Source: a virus (lineage: Duplodnaviria > Caudoviricetes). From it: a DNA stretch of 37,910 nucleotides. Numbering within the stretch: the first letter of the stretch is position 1; the number at the start of each line of letters is the position of its first letter. The position numbers were made by a program, and so were the translations under genes. The stretch spans positions 1-37,910 of IMG/VR virus record IMGVR_UViG_3300017650_000008. One strand, 5' to 3'. The notes under the pieces were generated by a model. That model was not told the origin of the DNA. It saw nothing but the letters and a program-made list of their open reading frames with translations, and did not search any database. Of the stretch, positions 1 to 8,289 are shown one piece after another.

Positions 1-123
1 CCTATCTGGCGGGCCGCGGCATTCCGATCGGCGACGTGAAAACGCTCGATCCGGCCACGTTCCGGGTCCATCCGCGCATGGAATACTGGCTCGGCGCCGA
101 TCGCGGCAACGGCCGCAAGCTGC
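1..123 (+). repeat. Terminal direct repeat (circular overlap), identical to 37788-37910
   Basis: cctatctggcgggccgcggc...cgcaagctgc is present at both ends, and the primase reading frame continues across the join. Confidence 0.97.
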
Positions 124-626
124 GCGACGGCCCTGTGTTTCCGGCGCTGATGACGGCGATGCGGGACGAAAAGGGCACGATGTGCGCGTTCCACGCCACC
201 TATGTTGACCCGACAGGGCACAGCAAGGCGCCAGTCGAGAAAGCCAAGATGATCTGGCCGCAGGCGATGGGCCTCGTCATCCGGGTGGCGCATGGCGCGA
301 GCGGGCTGGATCCGGAGGCGGCGGCCGAGGCGGGGATGCGCGGGCCGTGCGTGCTGGTGGAAGGCATCGAGGACGCGCTGTCGATCGCGCTGGCCGCGCC
401 GGAGCTGCGCGTGTGGGCGACCGGCAGCCTGTCGGGCCTGCTGCATGTCCATGACCATGCCTGCGCGGATAGCTGGCTGGTGTTTCGCGACCGCGACTGG
501 GGCAAGCGCCAGGCAGGCCTGCTGTTCGACCGCGCCATCGTGCGGCTTGAGGCGACGGGCAAGCCGGTGCGCGTCGAGGAAAGCTCTTTCGGGAAGGACA
601 TCAACGACATGCTGATCGGAGGGTGA
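1..626 (+). CDS. DNA primase, C-terminal part with TOPRIM domain (gene starts at 37334 and wraps; ~359 aa in total)
   Basis: TOPRIM motifs VLVEGIEDALS, VFRDRD and GKDINDML. In frame with the N-terminal part at 37334-37787. Confidence 0.88.
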   Translation, partial: YLAGRGIPIGDVKTLDPATFRVHPRMEYWLGADRGNGRKLRDGPVFPALMTAMRDEKGTMCAFHATYVDPTGHSKAPVEKAKMIWPQAMGLVIRVAHGASGLDPEAAAEAGMRGPCVLVEGIEDALSIALAAPELRVWATGSLSGLLHVHDHACADSWLVFRDRDWGKRQAGLLFDRAIVRLEATGKPVRVEESSFGKDINDMLIGG

Positions 627-627
627 G

Positions 628-828
628 ATGGCGGAAGCAAAGACCAGCGTCAGCGAAGTATTGGCGCTGCTGCGGCGGGAAGTGGTGGCATCGCAGGACA
701 ATGACGATGACCGCCGTTTTGCGGAGCAGATGTTCGATGTCGTGGAACAGGTGATCGGCGACCTGCGCAGGACGGCCGACGCGCTCGAAACACTGGTTTC
801 CGCGCAAGGAAAGGAGATCAAATCATGA
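628..828 (+). CDS. Hypothetical protein, 66 aa
   Basis: GGAGG RBS upstream; ATGA overlap with the next gene. Confidence 0.75.
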   Translation: MAEAKTSVSEVLALLRREVVASQDNDDDRRFAEQMFDVVEQVIGDLRRTADALETLVSAQGKEIKS

Positions 829-1529
829 GCGAAAGCGACGAAACACGGCTGATGATCGCGGCTGGCGTCGCCGCGAGCGCCGCGGCGATCGCGTTTATCA
901 GCGCTGTGGGCAGCGACGACGAAAAGGGCAGCGCCCTGGCTGACGAGCTTGCCGTATGGTGGTTCGCCGACGGTGTGTCGAGCGATGCCGATCCCGACCA
1001 GATCCTGCTCGATCTGACGCGCTACTGCCTGCGCGAGGGCGTGGTCGGCGAGACGCTGTTCCGCAAGGCGGCGGCGATGGGCCTGCACGGCCTGGCCGGC
1101 GATATTTGGCGCACAGCGCCGCCGCGCATGAAGTTCGCTTACGAGGTGTTTGCCCGCACCGCGCCGGTGGCGCACCGGGCGCGCGCCGAAAGCGAGCAGG
1201 CATTGGGCCTGGGCGACGGGACGCCGCCGGCACCGACCAAAATTCCCCTCGGAGACAGCATCTATGAGCGGGTCGGCCGGTCCGACGAGCGCGAGCCAGG
1301 CTCGGTCGAGGCCGCCAATGCGGCCGCCGCCCAGGCCGAGGCCGAGCGCCAGGCGGTGGCGAAGCGCAAGGCGGCCGACGCGGATCGCCAGCGCCAGCGC
1401 CGCGCCGAAAAGAAGCGGGCAGCCGAGGCGGCTGCTGCCCAGGCGGAAGCAGCCCGGACGGAAGCACCTGCATCCGAACCGGCCAAACCGAAACGGGCGG
1501 CCAAGCCGAGGCGCAAACCCGATGCCTGA
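825..1529 (+). CDS. Hypothetical protein, 234 aa, with an Ala/Lys/Arg-rich basic tail
   Basis: AAGGAG RBS, operon packing and GC-rich third codon positions. Confidence 0.75.
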   Translation: MSESDETRLMIAAGVAASAAAIAFISAVGSDDEKGSALADELAVWWFADGVSSDADPDQILLDLTRYCLREGVVGETLFRKAAAMGLHGLAGDIWRTAPPRMKFAYEVFARTAPVAHRARAESEQALGLGDGTPPAPTKIPLGDSIYERVGRSDEREPGSVEAANAAAAQAEAERQAVAKRKAADADRQRQRRAEKKRAAEAAAAQAEAARTEAPASEPAKPKRAAKPRRKPDA

Positions 1530-1677
1530 CAAGACGCCGGAGCATCTGGCCGTGGAGGCGGCGGCCTATCGGCGGGCGCAGGAAGCCAGCCTCAACCACG
1601 AAAACGGGCGCGCCGTGCGCGCGCTGAAAAAGCCGAAAACATTCGGGGCCCGATTGGCCGAGGAGGAGAGACGATGA
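1522..1677 (+). CDS. Small hypothetical protein, 51 aa (MPDKTPEHLAVEAA...)
   Basis: Fills the gap between two genes with short overlaps; its stop overlaps the next ATG. Confidence 0.55.
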   Translation: MPDKTPEHLAVEAAAYRRAQEASLNHENGRAVRALKKPKTFGARLAEEERR

Positions 1678-2141
1678 AAGAGGATGGATTTGATGGCGGG
1701 CCATATGGTGCAAGTCCGGGCATGCGCTCGCTGCGCGATGCCGCCGATCGGGCGTCGCGGCCGAGCCCGCTGGTGACGGGCCGTGCCGTCAATGGCCGCG
1801 ACCTGGTCAACGCGGTCGAGCGCGGCTTGGCGGTGGCGGATAGCTGCGACGCCGGCGGCGCGGGATGCCCCCCGGCGCCGGCGGCGCACGCCGTGCTGAC
1901 GGCGCATGAGGCCGAGCTTGGCGAGATGCTCGAGCAGCTGCGCGGCCTCAACCTGCGTCTGCATCTCGAGATGGCGAAAGTGCTGGGTCCGTCGCCGGCG
2001 CTGCAGCGGCTGCGGACGTTCGAAGCGACCACGGCCAGGGACATGCCGCTGGTCGACCGGCTGCAGGCCATGAACGGCGCGCTGCGGGAGCTGCTCGCCA
2101 TCGCCGAGGACGGCGTGGCTTGCGTGGAAAGGCTGGTGTGA
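1674..2141 (+). CDS. Hypothetical protein, 155 aa
   Basis: GAGGAG RBS; translationally coupled at both ends. Confidence 0.65.
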   Translation: MKEDGFDGGPYGASPGMRSLRDAADRASRPSPLVTGRAVNGRDLVNAVERGLAVADSCDAGGAGCPPAPAAHAVLTAHEAELGEMLEQLRGLNLRLHLEMAKVLGPSPALQRLRTFEATTARDMPLVDRLQAMNGALRELLAIAEDGVACVERLV

Positions 2142-2395
2142 TGGTCGAGGACGTGGCGGAAACCGGCGTCGCGGCCGAGGAATTGAAACAGTTCATCGAG
2201 CGCATTGAGCGGCTCGAGGAAGAAAAGAAGGCGCTCTCGGAAGACATTCGCGAAGTCTTTGCCGAGCTCAAGGGCCGCGGCTTCGATAGCAAGGCAATCC
2301 GGAAACTGGTGGCGATGCGCCGTCAGGACAAGTCCGAGCGCGAGGAGCAGGAATCGATCCTCGAGCTCTACATGCAAGCATTGGGGATGGCATGA
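2141..2395 (+). CDS. gapR: GapR/DUF2312 (UPF0335) family nucleoid-associated DNA-binding protein
   Basis: AAEELKQFIERIERLEEEKKALSEDIREVFAELKGRGFDSKAIRKLVAMR...ILELYMQALGM is the canonical DUF2312 pattern. Confidence 0.93.
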   Translation: MVEDVAETGVAAEELKQFIERIERLEEEKKALSEDIREVFAELKGRGFDSKAIRKLVAMRRQDKSEREEQESILELYMQALGMA

Positions 2396-2691
2396 TGTTG
2401 ACAGAACTCGAAAAAGAAATGTCGTTCAGCCAGGCGCTGTATCATGTCAAGGCTGGCGGTCGTGTCGCCCGTGAGGGCTGGAACGGGAAAGGTATGTTCC
2501 TGTTTCTGGTGCCGGGCTCGACTTTCAAGGTCAACCGGCCGCCATTACTCGGCATATACCCGGAAGGCACTGAAGTTCAGTACCACGCCCATATCGATAT
2601 GAGGACGGCGCAAGGTTACGTGGTGCCGTGGCTCGCCAGCCAGGCCGATCTATTGGCCGAGGACTGGATGATCGTCGAGGCCGGCGACTGA
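2392..2691 (+). CDS. tad2: DUF2829 / Thoeris anti-defence Tad2-family sponge protein
   Basis: MSFSQAL..VKAGGRVAREGWNGKGMFLFL and VVPWLASQADLLAEDW are the DUF2829 signature motifs. Confidence 0.85.
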   Translation: MMLTELEKEMSFSQALYHVKAGGRVAREGWNGKGMFLFLVPGSTFKVNRPPLLGIYPEGTEVQYHAHIDMRTAQGYVVPWLASQADLLAEDWMIVEAGD

Positions 2692-2732
2692 TAGCCGGCC
2701 GAGTGGCGCGCGCTGGGCGAACATAGGGCACC

Positions 2733-4592
2733 ATGACAGAAACGGGACGGAAGGCGGTTCGCTCGGCGGCGACGCAGGGCGCGGCGGCGCTCGCGCTGCG
2801 CGCCAGGCAGCAAGCGGTGCGGGACCCGGAAATCGGGGAGGCGCGCAACGGCGTGCGGCCGGGCGAATGGCGCGACACGCCCGGGCCGCTCGGCCTTCCG
2901 CCCGACTGTCCCGTGCAGCCGCTCGGCTTCGAGGGCGAGAATTACTTTTTCATTGACGCCCACGGCCAGTTGTTCGCGTCCGGCGACAAGGCTTTCGGGC
3001 AGGAACGCATTCAGAAACTGTTCGGCGATCGCCAGAAATATTTGTATTGGGCCTGGCCGCGCATGCGCGCCGGCGGCAAGGTCGACGCCTGGCGGGCCGA
3101 GAAAGTGCGCGAGGACCTGTTTTCGGCGGCCGCCAAAAAGGGGCCGTGGAAAAGTTTTGAGAAAGTGCGCGGCCTGGGCGCCTGGCGCGGCAAGGATGGC
3201 GCGCTGATCCTGCATTGCGGCGAGTTTCTGTGGTCGGATGGAAAACTCATGCCGACCGGCGAGCTCGACGGATATTTCTATCCGCGGCGCCCGAAAACCT
3301 TCCTGCCGTTTCAGGAGCCGGTGCGCCATGACGACAACCCGGCGCCGCGGTTGCTGCAGGCGTTCTCGACCTGGAATTTCGCGCGCGGCAAAGTTGATCC
3401 TTTCCTGCTGCTCGGCGGCATCGGCGCCATGCTGATCGGCGGCGCGCTGCCGTGGCGGCCGAGCCTTTTTCTGGTCGGCGATCGCGGCACCGGCAAATCC
3501 ACTTTGCAGGGCCTGGTGCGCGAGATCTTCGGCAGCGCGATCGTCGCGACCGCCGACACCACGCCGGCCGGCATCTATCAGCGCATCGGCAATGACGCGC
3601 TGCCGGTGGCGGTCGACGAGCTCGAGGCCGAGGCCGACAACCGGCGCGCCTCGGGCGTGCTGAAACTGGCGCGCATCGCCTCGTCCGGCGACGTCATGCT
3701 GCGCGGCGGCAAGGATCACGAGGGCGTCGAGTTTCAGGCGCGGTCGGTGTTCATGTTTTCCGCCATCATTCCGCCGCCGATGACGCCGGCGGAGGCCAGC
3801 CGCCTCGGCGTGCTGAATATTGGCAAACTCTCGGCCGAGGCGACGAAGGTGCCGCAAATACTTGAGGGCGCGATCGAGAGTTTTGGGCCGAAACTGCTGC
3901 GCCGCATGGCCGATGGCTGGGAACAGTTCGAAGGGCTCTATGAGGAGTTCCGCACCGTGCTGCGCGCCGGCGGCCATGACAGCCGCGGCCAGGACACCTA
4001 TGGCGTGCTGCTGACCTGCGCGCAGCTGCTGCTGGGCGACGAGGGCTGCGACGCGCTGGGCTATCCGATCGAAAGCCTCGAGCCGTGGAGCGAATGGCTG
4101 GCGGCCGAGACGATGCCGGAAATGGAGGATGCGCGCGAGAACTGGCGCGCCTGCCTGACGCAGCTCCTGACCTCGCGCGTGGAAGCCTGGCGCCAGGGCC
4201 AGCGCCAGACCGTGGGCGCGCTGCTCGACGAGATGGACCATGTGCGCACGCTGGACGGCGCGCCGCCGGCGGACGGGCAGGGAATATCGCCGATGCAGGC
4301 GCGCCAGATGCTGGCGCAAGCGGGCCTCGGCCTGGTCGATCCTGGCAAAATTCCCGGCTGCGAGGGTTTCGCGCTCGCCATTCCCAATTCAGGGCCGCTC
4401 GTCGCCGGCATGTTCCGCGGCACCGCCTGGGGCGGCGAGGGCCATGTCGGCGGGTGGAGCGGCAGCCTGCGCCAGGGGCCGCCGAGCGTGATCATCACCA
4501 ATAAACTGGTGAACAAGGTCAAGATCAACGGCGTGTCGCAGCGCTGCACGCTGGTTGATCTGAATGCATTCGAGAGACTGACCGGAGGGTAG
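2733..4592 (+). CDS. Replicative P-loop helicase (SF3/P4-alpha-like partner of the primase), 619 aa
   Basis: Walker A GDRGTGKS and Walker B PVAVDE; lies in the replication operon. Confidence 0.8.
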   Translation: MTETGRKAVRSAATQGAAALALRARQQAVRDPEIGEARNGVRPGEWRDTPGPLGLPPDCPVQPLGFEGENYFFIDAHGQLFASGDKAFGQERIQKLFGDRQKYLYWAWPRMRAGGKVDAWRAEKVREDLFSAAAKKGPWKSFEKVRGLGAWRGKDGALILHCGEFLWSDGKLMPTGELDGYFYPRRPKTFLPFQEPVRHDDNPAPRLLQAFSTWNFARGKVDPFLLLGGIGAMLIGGALPWRPSLFLVGDRGTGKSTLQGLVREIFGSAIVATADTTPAGIYQRIGNDALPVAVDELEAEADNRRASGVLKLARIASSGDVMLRGGKDHEGVEFQARSVFMFSAIIPPPMTPAEASRLGVLNIGKLSAEATKVPQILEGAIESFGPKLLRRMADGWEQFEGLYEEFRTVLRAGGHDSRGQDTYGVLLTCAQLLLGDEGCDALGYPIESLEPWSEWLAAETMPEMEDARENWRACLTQLLTSRVEAWRQGQRQTVGALLDEMDHVRTLDGAPPADGQGISPMQARQMLAQAGLGLVDPGKIPGCEGFALAIPNSGPLVAGMFRGTAWGGEGHVGGWSGSLRQGPPSVIITNKLVNKVKINGVSQRCTLVDLNAFERLTGG

Positions 4593-4596
4593 GAAG

Positions 4597-4827
4597 GTGA
4601 GCGACAATGAAAGCGAGATATCCCAACTGCCGGTCATCACGGTGACGGTGAAGTCTTCACGCGTCTGCGCCGGCCCGCAAACCGTGTTCCTGCACATGCT
4701 CGGCCGCGCCGGCGGCGAGCGCGTGCGCTGGGCGCTCACGCCGGTGCTGGCGCGCCAGACGGCCGAGCTGCTGTGGCTGTGGGCCGACGAGGCTGATGGT
4801 GATGCGCTGAACGGGATTTCCTCATGA
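4597..4827 (+). CDS. Hypothetical protein, 76 aa
   Basis: GTG start after a GGAGG/AGGA-rich stretch; stop overlaps the next ATG. Confidence 0.55.
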   Translation: MSDNESEISQLPVITVTVKSSRVCAGPQTVFLHMLGRAGGERVRWALTPVLARQTAELLWLWADEADGDALNGISS

Positions 4828-4979
4828 ACTGGTGGTTCGTGTTCTATGCGTGCCTGACGCTGTTCGGCCTGCAGGGCCTGGTCTATCACGCGCCGCGCCG
4901 CCCGGACCCGCCGCCGGAGATCCGGCCGCCGCCGCCGCGCATCATCGCGGTCGGCGAGCGGATCGAGCCCAGGCCCTAG
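4824..4979 (+). CDS. Small membrane protein, 51 aa (MNWWFVFYACLTLFGLQGLVYHAPRRPDPPP...)
   Basis: Read manually. ATGA overlap, N-terminal hydrophobic helix, Pro-rich tail, TAG at 4977-4979. Confidence 0.55.
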   Translation: MNWWFVFYACLTLFGLQGLVYHAPRRPDPPPEIRPPPPRIIAVGERIEPRP

Positions 4980-5299
4980 CGTTCGCGTCGCGCCTGGTTG
5001 CGCCTGGCGCGCTCGCCCTCGGTGATCTCGCCGAGGTCGATCTGCTCGCGCGGCCAGAACAGGTGATAGAGCTCGTTCGTCATAAGGATCAGGCTGATGT
5101 CCAGCCCGTCCGGCGGAACCGCGCCATGCACGGCGCGGACGATCTGCTCGCGTGACGGCTGGTGCAGCCATGCCTCGAGCGCCTGGATGATGAGCGCCAT
5201 CTGCGCAGGATGGCGGATGCACGCGCCTGTCTGCTCGCGCTTGCGCAGCTCGGTGATCAGCTTTTGGACGGTGTTGGGCGACGTGTACCAGGGGCGCAT
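4976..5299 (-). CDS. Orphan 107-aa protein under a LexA box; candidate SOS-induced antirepressor
   Basis: Only convincing minus-strand gene within 1-30200; has its own upstream TTGACC and SOS box. Function is inferred. Confidence 0.7.
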   Translation of the reverse strand: MRPWYTSPNTVQKLITELRKREQTGACIRHPAQMALIIQALEAWLHQPSREQIVRAVHGAVPPDGLDISLILMTNELYHLFWPREQIDLGEITEGERARRNQARRER

Positions 5300-5305
5300 G
5301 CCGCC

Positions 5306-5336
5306 ATAAATGTTCTCATTTTGTTCACATGGTCAA
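5306..5336 (-). promoter_or_regulatory. Promoter (TTGACC at 5336-5331) containing an alphaproteobacterial LexA box GAAC-N7-GAAC (5312-5326)
   Basis: Plus strand GTTC-TCATTTT-GTTC at 5312-5326, exact consensus, between the -35 element and the start codon at 5299. Confidence 0.82.
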
Positions 5337-5506
5337 GGGCAGGCCAGCGCGGCCCCGGCCCTTCTCGCGAACCCATTGAAACCGCTGAGTTGAGAGGATT
5401 TATCCCGCACCCCGCACCCAAGAGCTCAAAAGCGGACCGCCCCGTCTGGCGTGGCTGCTGCATGACCGCGCGTACCGCGCGGCAGCATCCGCGCCAGACG
5501 TTGCGG

Positions 5507-5537
5507 ACAGTTGACGCGGCCTGAGCCGTGGCACGGT
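5507..5537 (+). promoter_or_regulatory. Putative late promoter 1 (ACAGTTGACG-N15-CACGGT), upstream of terS
   Basis: Same motif and spacing as the copies at 8537, 11839 and 23593. Confidence 0.6.
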
Positions 5538-5576
5538 CGATCCGGCGCGGGATCTGGCTGCGCAGGCCGAGGGTTC

Positions 5577-5802
5577 GGGGGACACCTGAGAGGTGGTGTC
5601 CCCGCTGGTGTCCCCGGCTAAGCCTCTGAAATTGGACAGGATTGGCACTTGAGACACTTGGGACACCAAAGCTTCACGTCATACACGCGCGCGCACATGA
5701 CGAGAGATATAGGTGTCTCAAGTGTCTCAAGTGGAATTACTGAATAAATACAATGAGTTAATGGGGGACACCAGCGGGGACACCTCGCGCCAAGGTGTCC
5801 CC
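5577..5802. repeat. Nested imperfect palindrome with G(G/A)GACAC iterons; candidate replication origin
   Basis: Paired arms 5578-5586/5794-5802, 5595-5615/5764-5784 (perfect 21 bp), 5646-5667/5712-5733 (1 mismatch) and 5677-5682/5697-5702, all centred on ~5689.5. AT-rich IHF-like spacers. Confidence 0.8.
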
Positions 5803-5834
5803 GGATCGGCGGATAAAATATCGGGATTTCGGGC

Positions 5835-6341
5835 ATGGGCGTGGGTGAGCTGCCACTGACGGGCGAGGATGGCGCGGCGCTGGCGCCGGTGCCGCTGCGC
5901 AAGCGGGCGGGTCGGCCTTCCGGCGCGATGAACCGGAAAACCAAGGCGCTGGCCGACTACCTGACCGGGCTCGGCTACACCGACCCGGCGATCGTGCTGG
6001 CCGAAACCTATTCGCGGCCGGTGGATGAGCTCGCCGATGCGCTCGGCTGCGACAAGCTCGAGGCGTTCCAACTGCAGCAACGCGCGGCGGCCGAGCTGAT
6101 GCCCTACCTGCACGGCAAGATGCCGCTCGAGGTCAAGGTCACAGAGCAGCGCCTGCCGCTGCTGATCATGGATCTCGGCACCAACCAGCTCGAGCAGGCG
6201 GCGCTCGGACACGGGCCGCAGGCGCTGTCGATCGGCCGGCTGATCGAGGATGCGGAAACGTTGGAAAATGAGCAAATCTCGACGGGCGATGCGGGCGCGT
6301 CCCACGACGATGCGTCCCACGATGATGGCAAGCTGCTGTGA
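5835..6341 (+). CDS. terS: Putative terminase small subunit
   Basis: GRPSGAMNRKT and AAAELMPYLHGK motifs typical of TerS-like proteins; directly upstream of terL. Confidence 0.7.
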   Translation: MGVGELPLTGEDGAALAPVPLRKRAGRPSGAMNRKTKALADYLTGLGYTDPAIVLAETYSRPVDELADALGCDKLEAFQLQQRAAAELMPYLHGKMPLEVKVTEQRLPLLIMDLGTNQLEQAALGHGPQALSIGRLIEDAETLENEQISTGDAGASHDDASHDDGKLL

Positions 6342-6675
6342 ACGCTGCGCTTTCCGCCTCTCATGCCGGTGATCGGAAATCACCTGCTCAGCGCCTGGCA
6401 CCTCGGAGGCCGTCCCGGTCATTTGGCCGATCGGACGGTCGAGGTGGATCGTCACCGGATGGCCGATCGGCGCACGGCCTGGCCGCCTGGCGGGCCGCCG
6501 CCTCCAGACGGGCTTCCCCCGAGAGGGGGGTGGCCCCTCCTATAGGGGTGTCCGCTCACGCACCGATCCCGGTTTTGAGGGCAGGCGGAAAAATCGAAAA
6601 AATTCGAGCTTGCGGCGGCGGGCGTGGGGTGCGGCCGCCTCGCGGTCGGGCCGGGCGAGGGCAGGGGGTAGCGTG

Positions 6676-8289
6676 ATGCTCGAGGAGGATGCGATCGGCC
6701 GGGCGCTGGCGGCCGAATATGAGCGCGACGATGCGTTCGATCCGACGCGCTACATCCCGCCGGGGCCGGTGGCGCAGGCCTTCATCAACGATCGCTCGAT
6801 GTCGCCGTTCATCATGGGGCCGGTCGGCGGCGGCAAGACCACGGCGGCGATCTTCAAGCGCATCAAGGCCGCGACCATGATGCCGGCCTGCCGCGACGGC
6901 ACAATTCGCGATCGATGGGTAGTGGTGCGCTCGACCTATCGCGACGCCGAGAAAACCATCCTGGCGTCATGGCAGCAATCGTTCCCGAAGGGGTATCCGG
7001 GCTCAACCTGGTCCGGCGGCAATGACCGGCCCGCGATCCACACCCTGCGCTTCCGGCAGATCAACCCGCTGACGCGCGAAGAATGCGTCGTCGAGGCCGA
7101 AACCCATTTCATCGGCCTCAACGGCGAGCGGATCGAGGTCAAGCTGCGCGGCTGGGAGATCTCCGGTGCGCTGCTGAATGAGGCCGACCAGCACGACGAG
7201 GGTGCGCTGCGCTATCTCGAGCAGCGCACGGGCCGCTATCCACGCAAGCGCGACCTGCCGGACGGCGTCGAGCCATTCCGCCAGGTGATCGGAGATCTGA
7301 ACGCGCCGGATCTCGACAACTGGATCTACAAGCATTTCGTCGAGGAACGGCGTGCAGGGCGCAACCTGCATGTGCAGCCGTCCGGCCGGTCGGCGGAAGC
7401 CGAAAACCGCATCAATCTGCCCAAAGGCTACTACGAGCAGATGGTGGCGAGCGAGCCTGACTGGTATGTCCGCCGCTTCGTCGACAATGAGTTCGGCTAC
7501 AGCCGCGAAGGCAAGCCGGTCTATGAGGAGTTCAACGCCCGCGTTCACGTTGCGGGCGAGGAAATTCCGGTCGACCAGAATTTGCCGCTGCTGATCGGGA
7601 TGGATGCCGGGCTCACGCCCGCGGGAGTGCTCCTGCAGCCAACGCCGGACGGCCAGCTGCGCGGCGTCGGCGAGGTCGTGCCGGGGCATGGTTTTGGCGC
7701 CGGGCGGTTCGGGGAACTGCTCAACGAATACGTCGCGGCGCGCTTCCCTCGCGTGCCGTCGATCCGCGACTGGTGCGACCCGGCGGCGCAGTACGGCGCG
7801 GACAGGGAAGGCGGCGAGCTCGCCTGGATGGACACCGTCAGTTTGGCGATCGGGCGGCCGATCCAGCTGCCGGCTGGCGGCTCGAATGAGCTTGGCCTGC
7901 GGCTCGACGCGGTGCGGCGCGAGTTGCGCAGCACGCTCGACGGCCGGCGCCCGCGCCTGATCTACTGCCCGAAGCACTGCCCGATGCTGATCCGCGGCTT
8001 TGCCTCGAAATACCGTTATCGCAAGCGCGCCGCGGGCGCTGCGACTGACTACGAGATCGTGCCGGAAAAGAACGAATATTCGCATCCGCACGATGGCAAT
8101 CAGTACGTGATTTTGGGGTATCGCGGCCGCAACGCGGTGGTCAGCGCGGGCCGTCCGATCGGCGTCGACCGCGCGGCAGATCGCGCCGAGATGCGCAACC
8201 AGCTGCCGGCAAACACACCCTGGAACACCGGCCAGCGCGGCGGTTTCGACGTCCACAATCTCGGCGGGGGCGGCCGGGGATGGAGATAA
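6676..8289 (+). CDS. terL: Terminase large subunit
   Basis: Walker A GPVGGGKT, Walker B variant ALLNEAD, motif DLNAP, nuclease motifs LIGMDAG and HPHDGNQY. Confidence 0.92.
   Translation: MLEEDAIGRALAAEYERDDAFDPTRYIPPGPVAQAFINDRSMSPFIMGPVGGGKTTAAIFKRIKAATMMPACRDGTIRDRWVVVRSTYRDAEKTILASWQQSFPKGYPGSTWSGGNDRPAIHTLRFRQINPLTREECVVEAETHFIGLNGERIEVKLRGWEISGALLNEADQHDEGALRYLEQRTGRYPRKRDLPDGVEPFRQVIGDLNAPDLDNWIYKHFVEERRAGRNLHVQPSGRSAEAENRINLPKGYYEQMVASEPDWYVRRFVDNEFGYSREGKPVYEEFNARVHVAGEEIPVDQNLPLLIGMDAGLTPAGVLLQPTPDGQLRGVGEVVPGHGFGAGRFGELLNEYVAARFPRVPSIRDWCDPAAQYGADREGGELAWMDTVSLAIGRPIQLPAGGSNELGLRLDAVRRELRSTLDGRRPRLIYCPKHCPMLIRGFASKYRYRKRAAGAATDYEIVPEKNEYSHPHDGNQYVILGYRGRNAVVSAGRPIGVDRAADRAEMRNQLPANTPWNTGQRGGFDVHNLGGGGRGWR

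Noticed and set aside
1-123. Biological terminal repeat of the virion DNA
   Set aside because: It falls in the middle of the primase gene, so an assembly overlap of a circular contig is the better explanation.
5577-5802. CRISPR array or protelomerase (hairpin telomere) site
   Set aside because: The repeats are short and inverted, without regular spacers. No cas or protelomerase gene is visible, and the phage has a normal integrase and attP.
6298-6321. CGTCCCACG in terS equals the reverse complement of the att arm repeat CGTGGGACG
   Set aside because: A GC-rich 9-mer can occur by chance in a genome this size, and the second copy is a tandem duplication. No link to integrase is supported.
6338-6676. 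112-aa ORF between terS and terL
   Set aside because: Arg/Gly/Ala-rich low-complexity translation across palindromes and homopolymer runs. More likely non-coding, though not excluded.
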